Shown: one piece after another, positions 1 to 12,560 of the stretch | Layout: each line of letters starts with the position of its first letter | Position numbering within the stretch: position 1 is the first letter of the stretch | Source: Basidiobolus meristosporus CBS 931.73 | Lineage: Eukaryota > Fungi > Basidiobolomycota | DNA: 64,000 bases | Assembly: GCA_002104905.1 (NCBI GenBank) | Contig: MCFE01000252.1 | Span: 1-64,000, forward strand | Direction: 5' to 3' | Position numbers and translations under genes: made by a program | The notes under the pieces: generated by a model | Databases searched by the model: none | What the model was told of the DNA's origin: nothing | The model's input: only the letters and a program-made list of their open reading frames with translations

Positions 1-1342
1 AACAAAAGGACTTGACTGTACTGAGACATTTGCACCGGTAGCCAAGTTTATTCCCTCAGATTAATATTGGCTATTGCAGCCAAATATAAGTTTTTTATTC
101 ATAAAATGGATGTAAAACTACATTTTTGAATGGAGAACTTTATGAGGACATGTATATGAACCAGCCTGATGGGCTTATTGACCAGGATTACCCCTATTTG
201 GTCTGCAAGCTTAAAAAGTCACTATATGGTCTCAAACAATCACTAAGAGCCTGGAACTGCAAGATAGATTCTTATTTGGAATCTTTGAGTTTCAAAAGGA
301 GTAATGCTGACTATAGTGTATACTACAAGCCAGATAGAGCAAGTCCAGCTCTATTAGCTCTATATGTGGATGATCTTATTATAGCCACCAATAACCTAGA
401 AACACAGAAAGAGACTAAATCCAGCCTATTTAAGGAGTTCAAGATGTCTAATCTAGGAGAGCTCAATTACTACTTAGGGATTAAGCTCTCATAGACAGAA
501 GTGCACAAACTATTACCCTAAGCCTACTCAGGTATATTCAAGATATACTAAAGAAGTACCAAATGGAAGACTGTAAACCGGCAGCTACCCCAATGGAGAC
601 AAACCTTAACTTGGTCAAAACACCACCAAATCAAGAGAGCTTGGTGCCATTTGAAAGCCCTTACTTTCCTTATCAATCTATGATTGGCAGTCTGATGTAT
701 ACTATGCTTGGAACATGTCCAGATATCTCATATTCAGTGGGAGCTGTCAGCTAGCATAATCAGAATTATGGATCTGATCATATTGCAGCAGTTAAGCAGA
801 TTTTTAGATACCAAAAAGGAACTGCTGATATCTGCTCAAGATACTCTTATAAGAATTCAGAATGGGATCTTGTGGGATACTCCAATGCTGATTGGGGACA
901 AAGCTTGGAAGACAGAAGATCCACTACAGGATACACCTTTCTTTACTGTAAAGGAGCACCTTCATGGAATTTAAGAAAGCAACCAACTGTAGCACTTTCT
1001 ACTACAGAGGCAGAGTATAAGGCAGCCTGTGAAGCTACAAAAGAAGCAATGTGGCTAAGAAAGCTTTTTACAGATTTGGGCCTATGTCGAAAAATGCTTA
1101 TTACTTTATCTCAATATAGTCAAGGAAGTGTACAATTAGGTAGAAATCCATCTTTTCATACTAGCACCAAGCACATAGATATTAGACATCATTTCATATG
1201 TGAAGCTATAGAGAATAGCTTAGTTAGCTTTGTTTTCTGTCCTACAGCTGAAATGATTGCAGATATATTTACCAAACCATTAGCTAGAGACAAGTTTGAA
1301 TATCTTATGTCAAAGTTAGGACCAGTCAGTATGAGCATTTAG
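1..1342 (+). pseudogene. Ty1/copia pol remnant (RT + RNase H), frameshifted and stop-disrupted
   Basis: Copia RT motifs 'LKKSLYGLKQS..AWN' and 'LYVDDLII'; RNase H motifs 'GYSNADWG', 'RKQPTVALSTTEAEY', 'KHIDIRHHF', 'ADIFTKPL'. Homologous to 54500-55995. Confidence 0.95.
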
Positions 1343-1353
1343 CTGAGTGGGAG

Positions 1354-1701
1354 TGTTGTAAAAATTTGTAATTCCACCTAAGTATTCACCTAGCTTAGTC
1401 ACTTAGATCATTACCTTCAAATCCTGGAGAATACTGACCAAGCTCCTTGTTGGGATGTACTTTGAGTATTTTCACCAAAATAACAGGTGCCCAGAACATG
1501 AAAATTCTCTAAGTTGTCCAAACAGCCCCAAACTTTGCACACATGCTCTTGGGACCTTCCTTAACCTATTCTACGTGCTTATAATGCTAAAACCATGTAA
1601 ATGTATATATACTACTTTTACATACAATAAATCATTAAGTGAAAATCACATAATCTACTTGTTCCCCCAAACCACTTCCAATATCTCCAAGACTCTTACA
1701 A
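1354..1701 (+). repeat. Copia LTR family A, 3' LTR (348 bp)
   Basis: Follows purine tract GAGTGGGAG; termini TGTTGTAA...TTACAACA; same family at 52021-52369 and ~56803-57147. Confidence 0.92.
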
Positions 1702-1902
1702 CACCAAGAACATGTGTGCAAAGCTTGGGGCTGTTTGGTCAACTTTGAGCATTTTCATGTTCTGGGTACCTGGTATTTTGGTGAAAATATTCCAAGTAAA
1801 TCCCAACAAGGAACTTGGTCTGTATTCTTTAGGGTTTGAAGGTAATGATCTAAGTAACTAAGTTAGGTGAATATTTAGGTGGAATTACAAATTTTTACAA
1901 CA
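1702..1902 (-). repeat. Inverted partial LTR-A (first ~200 bp of the LTR on the minus strand)
   Basis: Ends ...ttaggtggaattacaaatttttacaaca, the reverse complement of the LTR-A start at 1354. Confidence 0.9.
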
Positions 1903-3345
1903 ATACCATCCTTGTTCACATACTGTGCCTTAACTCTCCTCGGTCCCAACTCTACAGGATGATCAAGATTTTGCAATAAAAAAGCATCCTTGCCTAGACC
2001 CATTGTTGGTGTTCACATTTAAGATATCTTTATATCTATTAGCAATGAATATAACTTGTCATTTGTAAACATTGTTTTTCCTTTTAACAATATTACTGGC
2101 TCATAAGTGATTTTTGTTTTGTGATACAACTTAGTCTGATTCCTAAATATTAGTATACCATATTAAACTTCTGTTTCCAGAGATACTTACCATCCTTGGG
2201 TACATGAATGTTATATCCTTTGTTTTTTGTAACATCCTCTAAAATAATATCTATACCAAACATTTCCTCATAATACCTATAATAGTACTTACCATCCAAA
2301 TGCTTTTTGGAATTATTAAACATCCCCACTACCATATTGAAAGGAATGTTACATGTTTCCGGTTTTGCTACCTCTAACCCTTCTGTATCTAAACTCATTC
2401 TTATAACATCTATCTGTTTGTTGAAATTCTTAAACAAAGTTGGATTTAAAGCATACAACATAACTTCCAAAAAAGACAATGCACCGTGTTTGACTCCAAC
2501 TCTAAAATAAGTATTCTTGATACGCAAGTTTCCAATTAATACACCTGGCAAAGGTCCCATTTTTTCTTCCTCCAAAGGTCTTAACAACCCAGTTGTTTTT
2601 GGTTTGTTCTCCCCTTTTGCTTTTTTTCATTGTTTTGCCCAAAATAATATTTATAAGTTTTGCTACCAGGAAAATTCAGATGATCTGTTGCATAACAAGT
2701 TACCAAGTGCAAAAATATATCTCTATTAGATAACCTGTTTTTCTTCAAATCAACAAAAAATTTCTCAGGTGAAGTATAATATCTAGAATAAGTTGTAGGA
2801 GGATAAGGATAGCATATAACTTGCCCACCCATGATTATTAGCTTTCTAGCTTTGCCTTCAGATACCATTATAAGTAATATTGGACACTCACAAGAATAAT
2901 TATTTATAAATAGTTCTGGCAACTCTTGTTGAAGAACTGTTACATTATTAACTCTTGTTGAAGTTTTGGGAGAGAAAACTTTAACATCATTGGGAACATC
3001 ATCAAACTTATTTGCAGTTGGTATTCTGCAATCATTGTAGAAAGACTTGGTTTTGTAATACTTTTGTTTGTGTACAGCTAAGGTATAAGATAAAAAAACA
3101 GAAACTATAAAAATATTGGAAATGGATTGGGATCCTCAACATTGATTAAATGAGAATCTTTAACATATCAAACAATCCCTTGGATATACTCTTTGCTTTT
3201 AATTGGATCTTATTTACTGGACCTAATAGCAATAGGCATACCACAAACATATTACATGGTGCTGTTTGTTTCTGGAATAGCAGTATGATAACTTAGTTTT
3301 GCATTTGATATAGTAATATCTATAGATATATTTTTGTCCCAGGGT
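1903..3345 (-). pseudogene. Endogenous NCLDV-like fragment: putative early transcription factor large subunit (vaccinia A7L / VETF-L-like), frameshifted
   Basis: Stitched minus-strand translation: ELPELFINNYS.ECP..., LKKNRLSNRDIF.HLVTCYATDH, MGPLPGVL...YFRVGVKHGALSFLEVML, LIFRNQ...TYEPVI, KAQYVNKDGI. This motif order matches my recollection of iridovirus/marseillevirus/pithovirus VETF-L. No introns; AT-rich; about 3-4 frameshifts and several stops. Confidence 0.65.
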
Positions 3346-6300
3346 CTGTATTCACAAGTTCCTCTGGGTCCAGATCTTCAGCTGGCACTGCAAGGTCTAG
3401 CACCTCATCTGCCAGTCTTTACAATAAATCCTTGCAATAGTCAAGTACATTTTCTTAAGGACTGCTCTTGAAGAAGTGCTGCAACCACTTGGTATGCCTA
3501 TTAATGTTCCAAAATTCTGTTGTAGGCATCATGATAGTCTTTTGAGTTCTTAACATAGTTGCTTTGTCTGACAGTGGGATCTCCACCCTGTCTACAATGG
3601 AGGACATGGAGGCAGTGGTAGGCAAATTACTTGTCTCTGCAAGCTCATCTACCTCACTGGAGTGTAGCTCAACAGGTTGCACTTCCAACTCTTTTGAAAG
3701 CACCTGTTTCTGTGTTGGTGATTTTTCTTAGCTATTATGGGATTCAATCTGTTCCAGGCTTACAGCATTATTTAACAAGAACTGCAGCTTTTTTCTCATG
3801 CATCCTGGTCTCTGGCTTGGGTGAACTTTTTTCCCTATACCTTTTCCTTTATCACTTCCAGGTCTTTGACTGCTACTTAATCTGAGTATTTCTTGTATTG
3901 AACTGTATTTTCTCCTTGACATATGCTGCTCTGATGCATCTACTTTGGCCTGCTTATCACTTGCTGGCACTCTGCAGGCAACCTGATGCTTCTTTTCCGC
4001 TTGTTTTGAGCTTTCAGCCCATGCTGTGACAGGCTCTGGAGGCAGCCACTTGTTTTTATCACTGCCAGGTCATTTAATGCTACTTTCACCAAGTGCTTCT
4101 TGAGTAGGACTATGATTGTTCCTTTGTACATGTCATGCTGGTGCATCTGTGTCTACCTGCTTTTCCCTAATTGGCACTCTTCCGGCAACCTCATGTCTCT
4201 TTGATGCTTGTTTGGAGTTTTTGGCCCTGCTTGTAATGGGTTTGTCAGGAAGCTGCAGCTTTTTAGCTATTGCACACTTGTTCTTTGGTCCTTAATAGTT
4301 TTTGCCATTCTTGAGATACTTTCTTAGCATACCAATGCTGGCCCAGAATCTGGTTGCTTGTTGAATCCAGGATAACACTCATGGAGCAGTCAAGCACATT
4401 CCCTATGAGAAATAATTTGGTCCCATGGGTAGATCCAATCCAGATCAGCTGTCAGGATCCTGCTTGGAGACCACCATAATACTGGCAGCTTCAATTTAGT
4501 GACCCTCTTGACAATCCTCCTGCTTACTAATGTCTACAAACATGCACACCTGCCACAATTGACATACTTACATCACCTCAACTTTACAGCTTTTTAGTGT
4601 GATACTTACAAAGTTGCTATATACCTTGTACTGCTGGTAACATATACACCTTGCAAACATATGCTTAGTTGTTGCCACTTCTGCCATGAATACTTCCTGA
4701 GTATCTGCAAATAACTTCTTAGTACTTAGCCAATGTATTCCTTCTCCCTGCTGGATTCCACACCCCTTATAGGTGTTCTTGGGCTCTTGTTTGTGTGAAT
4801 TTCATACTGAATGATATAGAAGTTGGCTTGTGACCATGAGTAATCCAGCATACCTTGGTAGAGTTTTCCTGATCCAAATTAGTTGCTGGTTGCACCCAAC
4901 TCAACTTTACATTACTTCACCAATTATCCACACATTGGGGCTGCTTGGCTTCTTAATGCCATAGGCATAAGTGTCTCCATGTGCACATCTGTTGGTGTTT
5001 GGGTATTGATAATGTGTGTGAGTTATGGAGTAAATCCCACAGATTACGCACATTTGACAGCAATACCATCCATTGGGCCCAGAAAAACTTGCTGTTTTGC
5101 TGATGGCTGGGGTATCTCCAATGCAGATAATAATATGTGCTTTATATGACAGCCATTTACTGTTATCCTGCTGGAAAGCATACCAAATTCATGTAGCAAT
5201 GGATACAGGTAGCTATCCAGGTTGGACTGTGATTTGGGCCCAGATAGCTGTGAGACTACCATCAGATTATTGCACTGATACTGTAAGATGGGCAGCAGAT
5301 TCAAATGATGAGAATCAGTGGCCAGCAGGATTTGCTCCAATAGTACTTGTTAAATGTGAATCCATCAAGTGCTGAGACAAAGGCATAGTCATACATACCT
5401 TCAGAGTAGCACTTGCTTCTTAGCTGGTTGTAATGTTTGCCATCTAAGAAATTGGATATGTTTGCGCTTGATTGATGCTGGGTGTGGTACTTTATAGCTT
5501 TGAAATATTTGTTGGACTGCATCAGCCTCTTTAGACAGGGTATTAGTGGAATATATCCAGAGTGTTAACAATGTTTTCCCTCAATGGTGGTGGGTTCCTG
5601 ACAATTTGGACATGTTGAAATGGTAGCATTTTTGGACATGAATGCCACACAATTATTAACACATGCTGGAATCAGGGCAGTCTCTGGGGCATACGCTACC
5701 AGCTACATGATAGTTGTCCACTTGTACAATGTACATTGTATGTTGCATCCTGGAATGATTTTGGCAAGAAGTAGTAATAAATCCTCAAAGCCCTTACTAC
5801 TGATATCAGTGGAAATGGGCCACTTCTCTAGCCACAACATTACATCATTTACCAGTAGATGAATTACTGGGCTAACTTGACTCCATAAAGTATTGTTGGC
5901 ATTTGTTTCAACGGGTGTTATCTCATTGCATATTGGGACTTGACTATACTCATGCATGGCACAGTTGTTAGGGGAGATAGGCTCACAATCCGCCAGTGAA
6001 CCTTCTTTGTTAGAGCTATCACTCTGCATGCCATATTCAGAAGGCTGAGGTGAGCTTAAAGGTGTAACAAATTCACCTGACTCAGTTTGTGTAAGGTGAC
6101 AAAGGCAGCCAGGTGCCAATATAGAAGTATCAACTGGCCAGCAAGATAATGTTGGTACAGTAATGACTGATGAATGGTCAAATATGACTTATGTGGCAAA
6201 ACACTGGCCATGATTCTTGTAACACCTCCTTTGCTGTCTGCGTGCTTCATGGCTGAGAGGCTTGCCACAATAGCCACATGGTCTTTTTCCTCTTCTCTTA

Positions 6301-8410
6301 CAGCATTGAATCAAAGTAGTCTTATCCATGGGGCAAGCAGTTTGACCTTCAACAACATAACACTATTATATCACCTTTTGGTCAATACTCATGTGAATTT
6401 AAGACAGTCTTGTATTTGAGGCAATTCACCTACATGAATATATGATTTGATGGTGACCTGCCATAGTAAGCATTATATATAGAGTTGTGGCACCACATAC
6501 ACATGCAAATGTAACACTATTTCCCCTTTGGCTTGACTCACTTCCATCTATATGCTGCCAAAAAATAAAGCAAAGTTGTCTGGTTCCGAACCAAACCCCA
6601 CCACTGATGGCAGCAAAAGAACAATTGAACAACAGCTTGCCTTGATATTCAGTGCAACAAGCGGGACTACATCCAAAAAGACCATTTTGACAGAGTGCCC
6701 ACCAAAGGCAATAATGCAGACTCCTCTGGCTCTCAGTCAAGTAGGCAATTGAGAACATATTTAGAGCCACAAGCTCACTGGTATGCTTAAGCAGATGAGA
6801 ATGTAGCAAGTGTAGTATCCTCAGTTGAAGACCAGCAAGTAGCCATCATAACATCACCACTACACATATTAGTAAGTATGTTGTCAGCTCATACCAAAGC
6901 ATTAATGAGCAATTAGGTGTAGTGGCTTATAGCATAGATGCAATGGCTCAGAGAAGTCAGGAAATAGTCCAGAAACAGTGGATAATAGATTTAGAGCAAT
7001 CAATATCCCAGGTAGAGAAAGCAATATCTTTGCTGCAAAGAAAGAACTCAAGTATCCCTATGTCACAGCCAAGAATTGAGCCACTTCCCAATGAAACAGC
7101 AGAGGAATACCCCAAAGTCTTTGAAGTGCAACAACAATGCCCAAAGATAAAGCCCACAGAAAAACCTATCACAGCATAGGAGGGAGACAATGTGGTGTTT
7201 ATGCCAAAGCCTAAAAATCAAAAGACATTGAAGATCTTTAAAGTCATTGAGTGCTATAATGAAGAGTGGGCTGATATTCAAGAGGCTGTTAGAAGTCTAG
7301 CATGCCATCACCTTAAGGCTAGCATACCATGGGACCATCAGGAACTCAAGGCCAAGCAAAATGCACTTGACTTGTTCCATGAGCATTATCCTGGATTGGA
7401 ACAGGCAACAGATTTTGGGCCAGCATTGGTATACTAAGAAAGTATCTTAAGTACAGCAGAAGCTATCAAAGGCAGAAGTACAAGGGTGCCATATCTAAAA
7501 ACCAGCAGCTTCCTCAAGAGACTGTTGCAAGCAGGGCCAAAAGCTTGAGACAAGCATCAAAGAGATGTCAAGTAGCTGGAAGAGTGCCAATCAGGGGCAA
7601 GCAGGCAGAAATGGATGCAACAGCACAACAGTTATCAAGGAAAAAGCTTAGTACCACTCAAGAAGCACTCAAAGTAGCAGTGAGGACCTGGCAGTGATAA
7701 AAACCAGTGGCTTTTACATGAGCCTGTCACAACCATAGCTGAGAGCTCAAAACAAGCAGAAAAGAAATGTTGTGTTGCCAGATGACTGCCAGCAAGGGAC
7801 AAGAAGGCCAAGACAGATGTGTTAGAGCAGAATTTATCAAGCACAAATTGTAGTTCATTACAAGAAGCACTCAGAAAAGGTAGCAGTGAAAGACCTGGCA
7901 GTGATAAAGGAAAAGGTACAAGGCAAAGTGTCTACCCAAGCCTGAGACAGGGAAGCATGCAAAAAAACTGCAGTTCTTGCCAATTAATGCTGCAGGCCTG
8001 GAACAGACTGAATCCCATCAAAACTAAGAAGATTTACCAACAAGAAAACAGATGCTTTCACAAGAGTTGGAGGTGCAGCCAGTTGAGCTACAATCCAGCA
8101 AGGTAGATGGGTTTACAGAAAAAGACAATTTGTCTACCATAGCCTCCACATTCTCCATTGTTGACAGAGTGGAGTGCCCACTGACAGACAAGGCTACAAC
8201 ATCAAGTACTCAAGAGACTATTATGATGCCTTCAGTGGAGTTTTGAAACATTAACAGGCACACCTACAGGTTGCAGCATCACTTCACAAGCAGTGCTCAA
8301 GAAAATGCACTTGAATATTGCAAGGATTTACTGTAAAGACTGGCAGATGAGATGCTAGACCTTGCAGTGCTTGCTGAAGACCAGGATGTGTGGGAACCAG
8401 TGAATGCACA
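3345..8410. mobile_element. CACTA/EnSpm-type (Tnp2, PF02992-like) DNA transposon copy A: transposase on minus (~4500-6500) flanked by two related accessory ORFs
   Basis: 'SN.LDGKHYNQLRSK...ALDGF...SKSCWPLILI' and 'SGPKSQSNLDSYLYPLLHE' are Tnp2 motifs. 3345-4330 is an inverted homolog of ~7430-8410. Confidence 0.8.
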
Positions 8411-8779
8411 GTAGCATAAAGCTGTAGGGTTCCCACCAAAGTTGTGGAACCCAAGTGTTACAGCAGAAATACTTATTGAGTGGTGGATTTTAATGGAGTT
8501 ACTTGTTGAGTATAGGGTTAGGCTTAATATTAGTGTATGGTATAGGGATTGTATAGGTCAATACATTTGGCAATTGAGGTTCAACTGAACTTTCAACGGA
8601 AATAAATCAATTTGTACCTATAAAAGTAGGAGAAATGGTTGAGTCAGGAAGTAAGGGGCGTGAAAAAGAGGCAATAGTCAATCAATGTGCACAAACACAG
8701 GAGGTGATAGAGTATCCGGAATCAGAAAGTGAGTAAATTGGCAGGGTACCAATCAAAAGCCACTTATATATTGTTGAGA

Positions 8780-10640
8780 TGAAATATTTGTACAAGTTTT
8801 TTGTGAAATTTGGGGCTCAATTATTTTTGAACAGTTCTGTGAGCTTGATCTTTGGGCACTGTTGTTGTGCTTCAAAGACTGTACAGTGTTCCTCTGCTGT
8901 TTCATTGGGAAATGGCTCAATTCTTGGCTGTGACATTGTACAACTTGAATTACTTCTTTGCAGCAAAGATACTGCTTTCTTTACATAGGATATTGATTGC
9001 TCTGCACCATTTATCCACTGTTTCTGGACTATTTCCTGATTTCTCCGGTCCATTGCATCTATTCAATCAGCCACTGCACCTAATTGCCTCATCAATGCTT
9101 TGGTATAAGCTGACTGCATTTTTGCTAGTTCAAGTGGTGGTGATGTTATGATGGCCACTAGGTTGGCTACAAGATAAGAAAAAGATCATGTGGCTGATGT
9201 AACAAGCCTCCCATGCATCAAACATGCAGACCACATAAGAGGTACTACAAGGATCACTGGCAGTGTTTAGCCACACAAGAGATATATAACCATTCATCAG
9301 TTACTATTACACCCACAATATCTTGCTAGCCCCTTGATACCTCTAAAACAGGGCCTAGCTGTACTTGTCACCCTGTGCAAGCAGAGTCAGGTGAGTTTAT
9401 GATGCCTCTGGGCTCACCTCTACCTTCTAAATATGACAAGCAGAGTGATAGCTCTGAAGCAGAAGGCTCACTGATGAATTTTGAGCCTATATTCTTCAAC
9501 ATCAGTGCCATGCATGGGCTTGGCAAAGTTCCAATGTGCAATGAGACAACACCCATGGAAAAAATGCAAAGGATCCTTTTTAGAGGTAAGTGAGCCCAGT
9601 AATCCATCTGCTGGTGAATGAAGTAATATGGTGGCTAGAGCAATAGCATGTATCCACAAATATCAGTAATGGGAGCTTTAAAATATTACTACTTCTCTGC
9701 GCTAAAATCATTCCAGGTTGCAATTAATCATGTACATGATGCCAGTGGACAACTGTCCTAAAGCTGGCAACATATGACCTAGACACTCTCCTGATACCCA
9801 TATGTGCTAACAGTTGCATGGCATTCACATCAGAAAATGCCACCATTGCAAGGTGTCCAACTTGCCAGGAGTCTGCCACCATAGGAGGAAAGCATTGTTC
9901 ACACTCCAGAGAAATTTCAGTAATACCCCACTTGATGAGGCTGATGCAGTCCAGCACATCCTGTGAAGCTATGAAGTACTGCGCTTGGTATCAGTTAAAT
10001 GCAAGTATTTCTGATATATTTAATGGCAAACATTGCAAATAGCTAAGAATCAAGGGCAACTTTGAAGGTATGTAGGGCCATGCCTTTGCCTTAGCACTTG
10101 ATGGATTCTGATCAAACATATACTCTACCAGCAAATCCTGCTGGCCACTGATTGCGCAGATGAGTTGGGAGATTGAAAGACAAGTTAAGTGGCAGGACTA
10201 CCATATCCCAATCTCACCAAGAATAAAACCTCCATGTCTACCATGGATATGGCAAGTTGCCACATGGAGGTCAGCCAGGAAGAGTTGGAGAATGCTCAGG
10301 GCAAATGTGCTAATGGAGAAACCTAGGCCTTTGCCATTAAGAAGATAAGCAGCCCCAATATATTGGTAATCAGGTAATTAATGCATAGTTGGCAGCAATT
10401 AGCAACTCATTTTTATTAGGACAACTTGACCAAAGTATTCATGGTTACTCTTGGTCACAAGCCAGTTTCTACACCATTCAATACAGAATTCACACAAACA
10501 AGAGCCAGAGTACACCTTGAGGGGGACTAAGATCCAGCAGGGAGAAGGAATATATTAGACTTGCTCCATTATACCATGCCAGGGCATGTGACACAATCAG
10601 TGGTTGAAAAGAACAATTGGCCACAGTATTTAGCTACCAG
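8780..10640 (+). mobile_element. CACTA copy B, internally deleted, inverted relative to copy A
   Basis: Reverse-complement homology to ~4700-7170; 'ISDIFNGKHCK', 'SKSCWPLI'. Confidence 0.8.
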
Positions 10641-11879
10641 TAGGCAGGGTTGCTCTTGGACTATTTTGCACTATGTGGGACAATTTTACACACTATGGCA
10701 CAATCTGACACAATGGGGTTGGCATGGATGATTGAGCCAACTTGTAATGTTTGCATCATATGTACAATCAAATGCCACTATTGTGGAAGGTAAATCCAGT
10801 ATTTGGATATGTTTCTTTAATGTAAATGTAAATAAATGCATATTGCACTTTAAACTACAATAATACTTACCATTTGGGGCACCATCACTCCAATTGGACA
10901 GTATGTTAATGGCTGATTGGTCTAGAAGTATCCTGAAGCTGTTTGCTCCCAATTGGCCCAATACTCAAGCTACCTGATTTGCCATGAAATATCCCATTTT
11001 GCACATTGGGCAAGTAAATCCCTGACCTTAGTGATTGGACAAAGTGTCATAGCATGCACAAGACCAATTGTGTAGGTGCAAATCAGATCAAATAGCTGCA
11101 CTAGTGTAACAGATGATGTATGCATATGCAGGGTGTCTATTATAGGGGCTCTATCTCAAATGTGAGACATCTTGATATTAATTATATCAGAAATTCAGTA
11201 ATCACTGATTTGCAATGGCTCAATTTTGATTGCAAAAAAAACAAGTTGTATAAGTCATGACAAATGGTAATAATTCAATGCAATTGCATCATCTTCTGCA
11301 ACACTTTTTCTCACAGGGACTACTACTTAGCCAATTTTGACAATACTACACTCATATATTTAAATGTTCTGGACCAACAATGTCATGAGGCCTTCTATGC
11401 TCAAGCACACCAAGTTATCACCAGTAAGAAACTCCAGGACCTTTGAATTTATTTTTGATGCAGGGAAAACCAGATAAATAAAGATAATTGTACCAAATTG
11501 ATTCATATCACCACTGCCCAATCTTGTATCAGTTTTGTCATGACCCATTCATTGGAATAAGCTTATCTCATCAATCCCATCACTACCACTGGATTTTCTT
11601 TTGACCCATTAGAGGAGGTCTATACCAAGCACTATGGACCCTCTACCCAGTTTACTCAAGAAGGTCCCTTGTTAAGCTTCTCTGCTATTACAAGAACTAT
11701 TGCCCTACAAGGTTTCATTCCATTGTGCATGGCAACTAAAGTCCCAGAAGCTTTCATTCCCAGCTGAAGCAATGCAGAACCACCTTGCAGAGGGCATCAA
11801 CAACTTAAAATACCAAATTCAGCAAGACATCAAACAAAATTTAAGCCAAGCAAATATACAAAAAATGGACAAAAAATTA

Positions 11880-12560
11880 AAAAAAAGCAAACAAGACTGG
11901 CAAATTTAAATAGTGTTATACAACAAATTAAACCTGAATTAAAAAAGTGCAAACAAGATTTTGGTTTTTTTTCTTACAAATGTATTCAACATTTATCTAT
12001 AGATGAACTAGAAGAATTTCAGACCATTTTTATAAACAATAACTCTTTTGGAAAAGTACAATGTGAGTTATAAAAAATTTTTTGCAAGTTAAAAAAATTA
12101 AATTTGATATGAACTTTTATTCTGGCAAATACAAGGCACACTGTGTGAAGTATTGAGCACTGTCTGACATTGAGGATAACATCATCTGGTTCAGTGGGCT
12201 ACTTACTGGAAGTAGGCATGACAAAGCATCCTGGGTAGAGAATTATTCAAAATTCAGTAGAGGGGAGAAATGTATGGCAGACTTAGCCTATACAGGAAAG
12301 GATTGCCAGAGATTGGAATGACCACAGCTCATAGGAAGCCAAGGAGTGGTGTGCTTGGCAGGAAGTAGATGCTCCACAATGAGATATTTAATCAATATAG
12401 ATTGAGAGTAGAGCATACATTTGGATTCCTAAAGACATTCAGCATATTGGCAGGTAAATACACAGGAAAGTCATATATAGGAGAAAACAGCAGAATAAGC
12501 AAGTTAGTTAAGTTACTTTTATTAATGCACAGCATATCCGTACAAGAAGACATCCACCAA
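11880..12560 (+). pseudogene. PIF/Harbinger (DDE_Tnp_4, ISL2EU-like) transposase remnant
   Basis: Translation 'NFYSGKYKAHCVKY...GSRHD...CMADLAYTG...FNQYRLRVEHTFGFLKTFSILAGKY' contains the YSGK, GS.HD, AD..Y.G and R..VEH.FG.LK motifs. Confidence 0.75.

Noticed and set aside
1455-1748. ORF-track ORFs in LTR-A (also 56007-56324, 56265-56447, 56981-57226)
   Set aside because: Chance frames within a non-coding LTR.
4500-5000. Apparent chromodomain-like fragment
   Set aside because: It is colinear with the CACTA transposase C-terminus in copies D, E and F.
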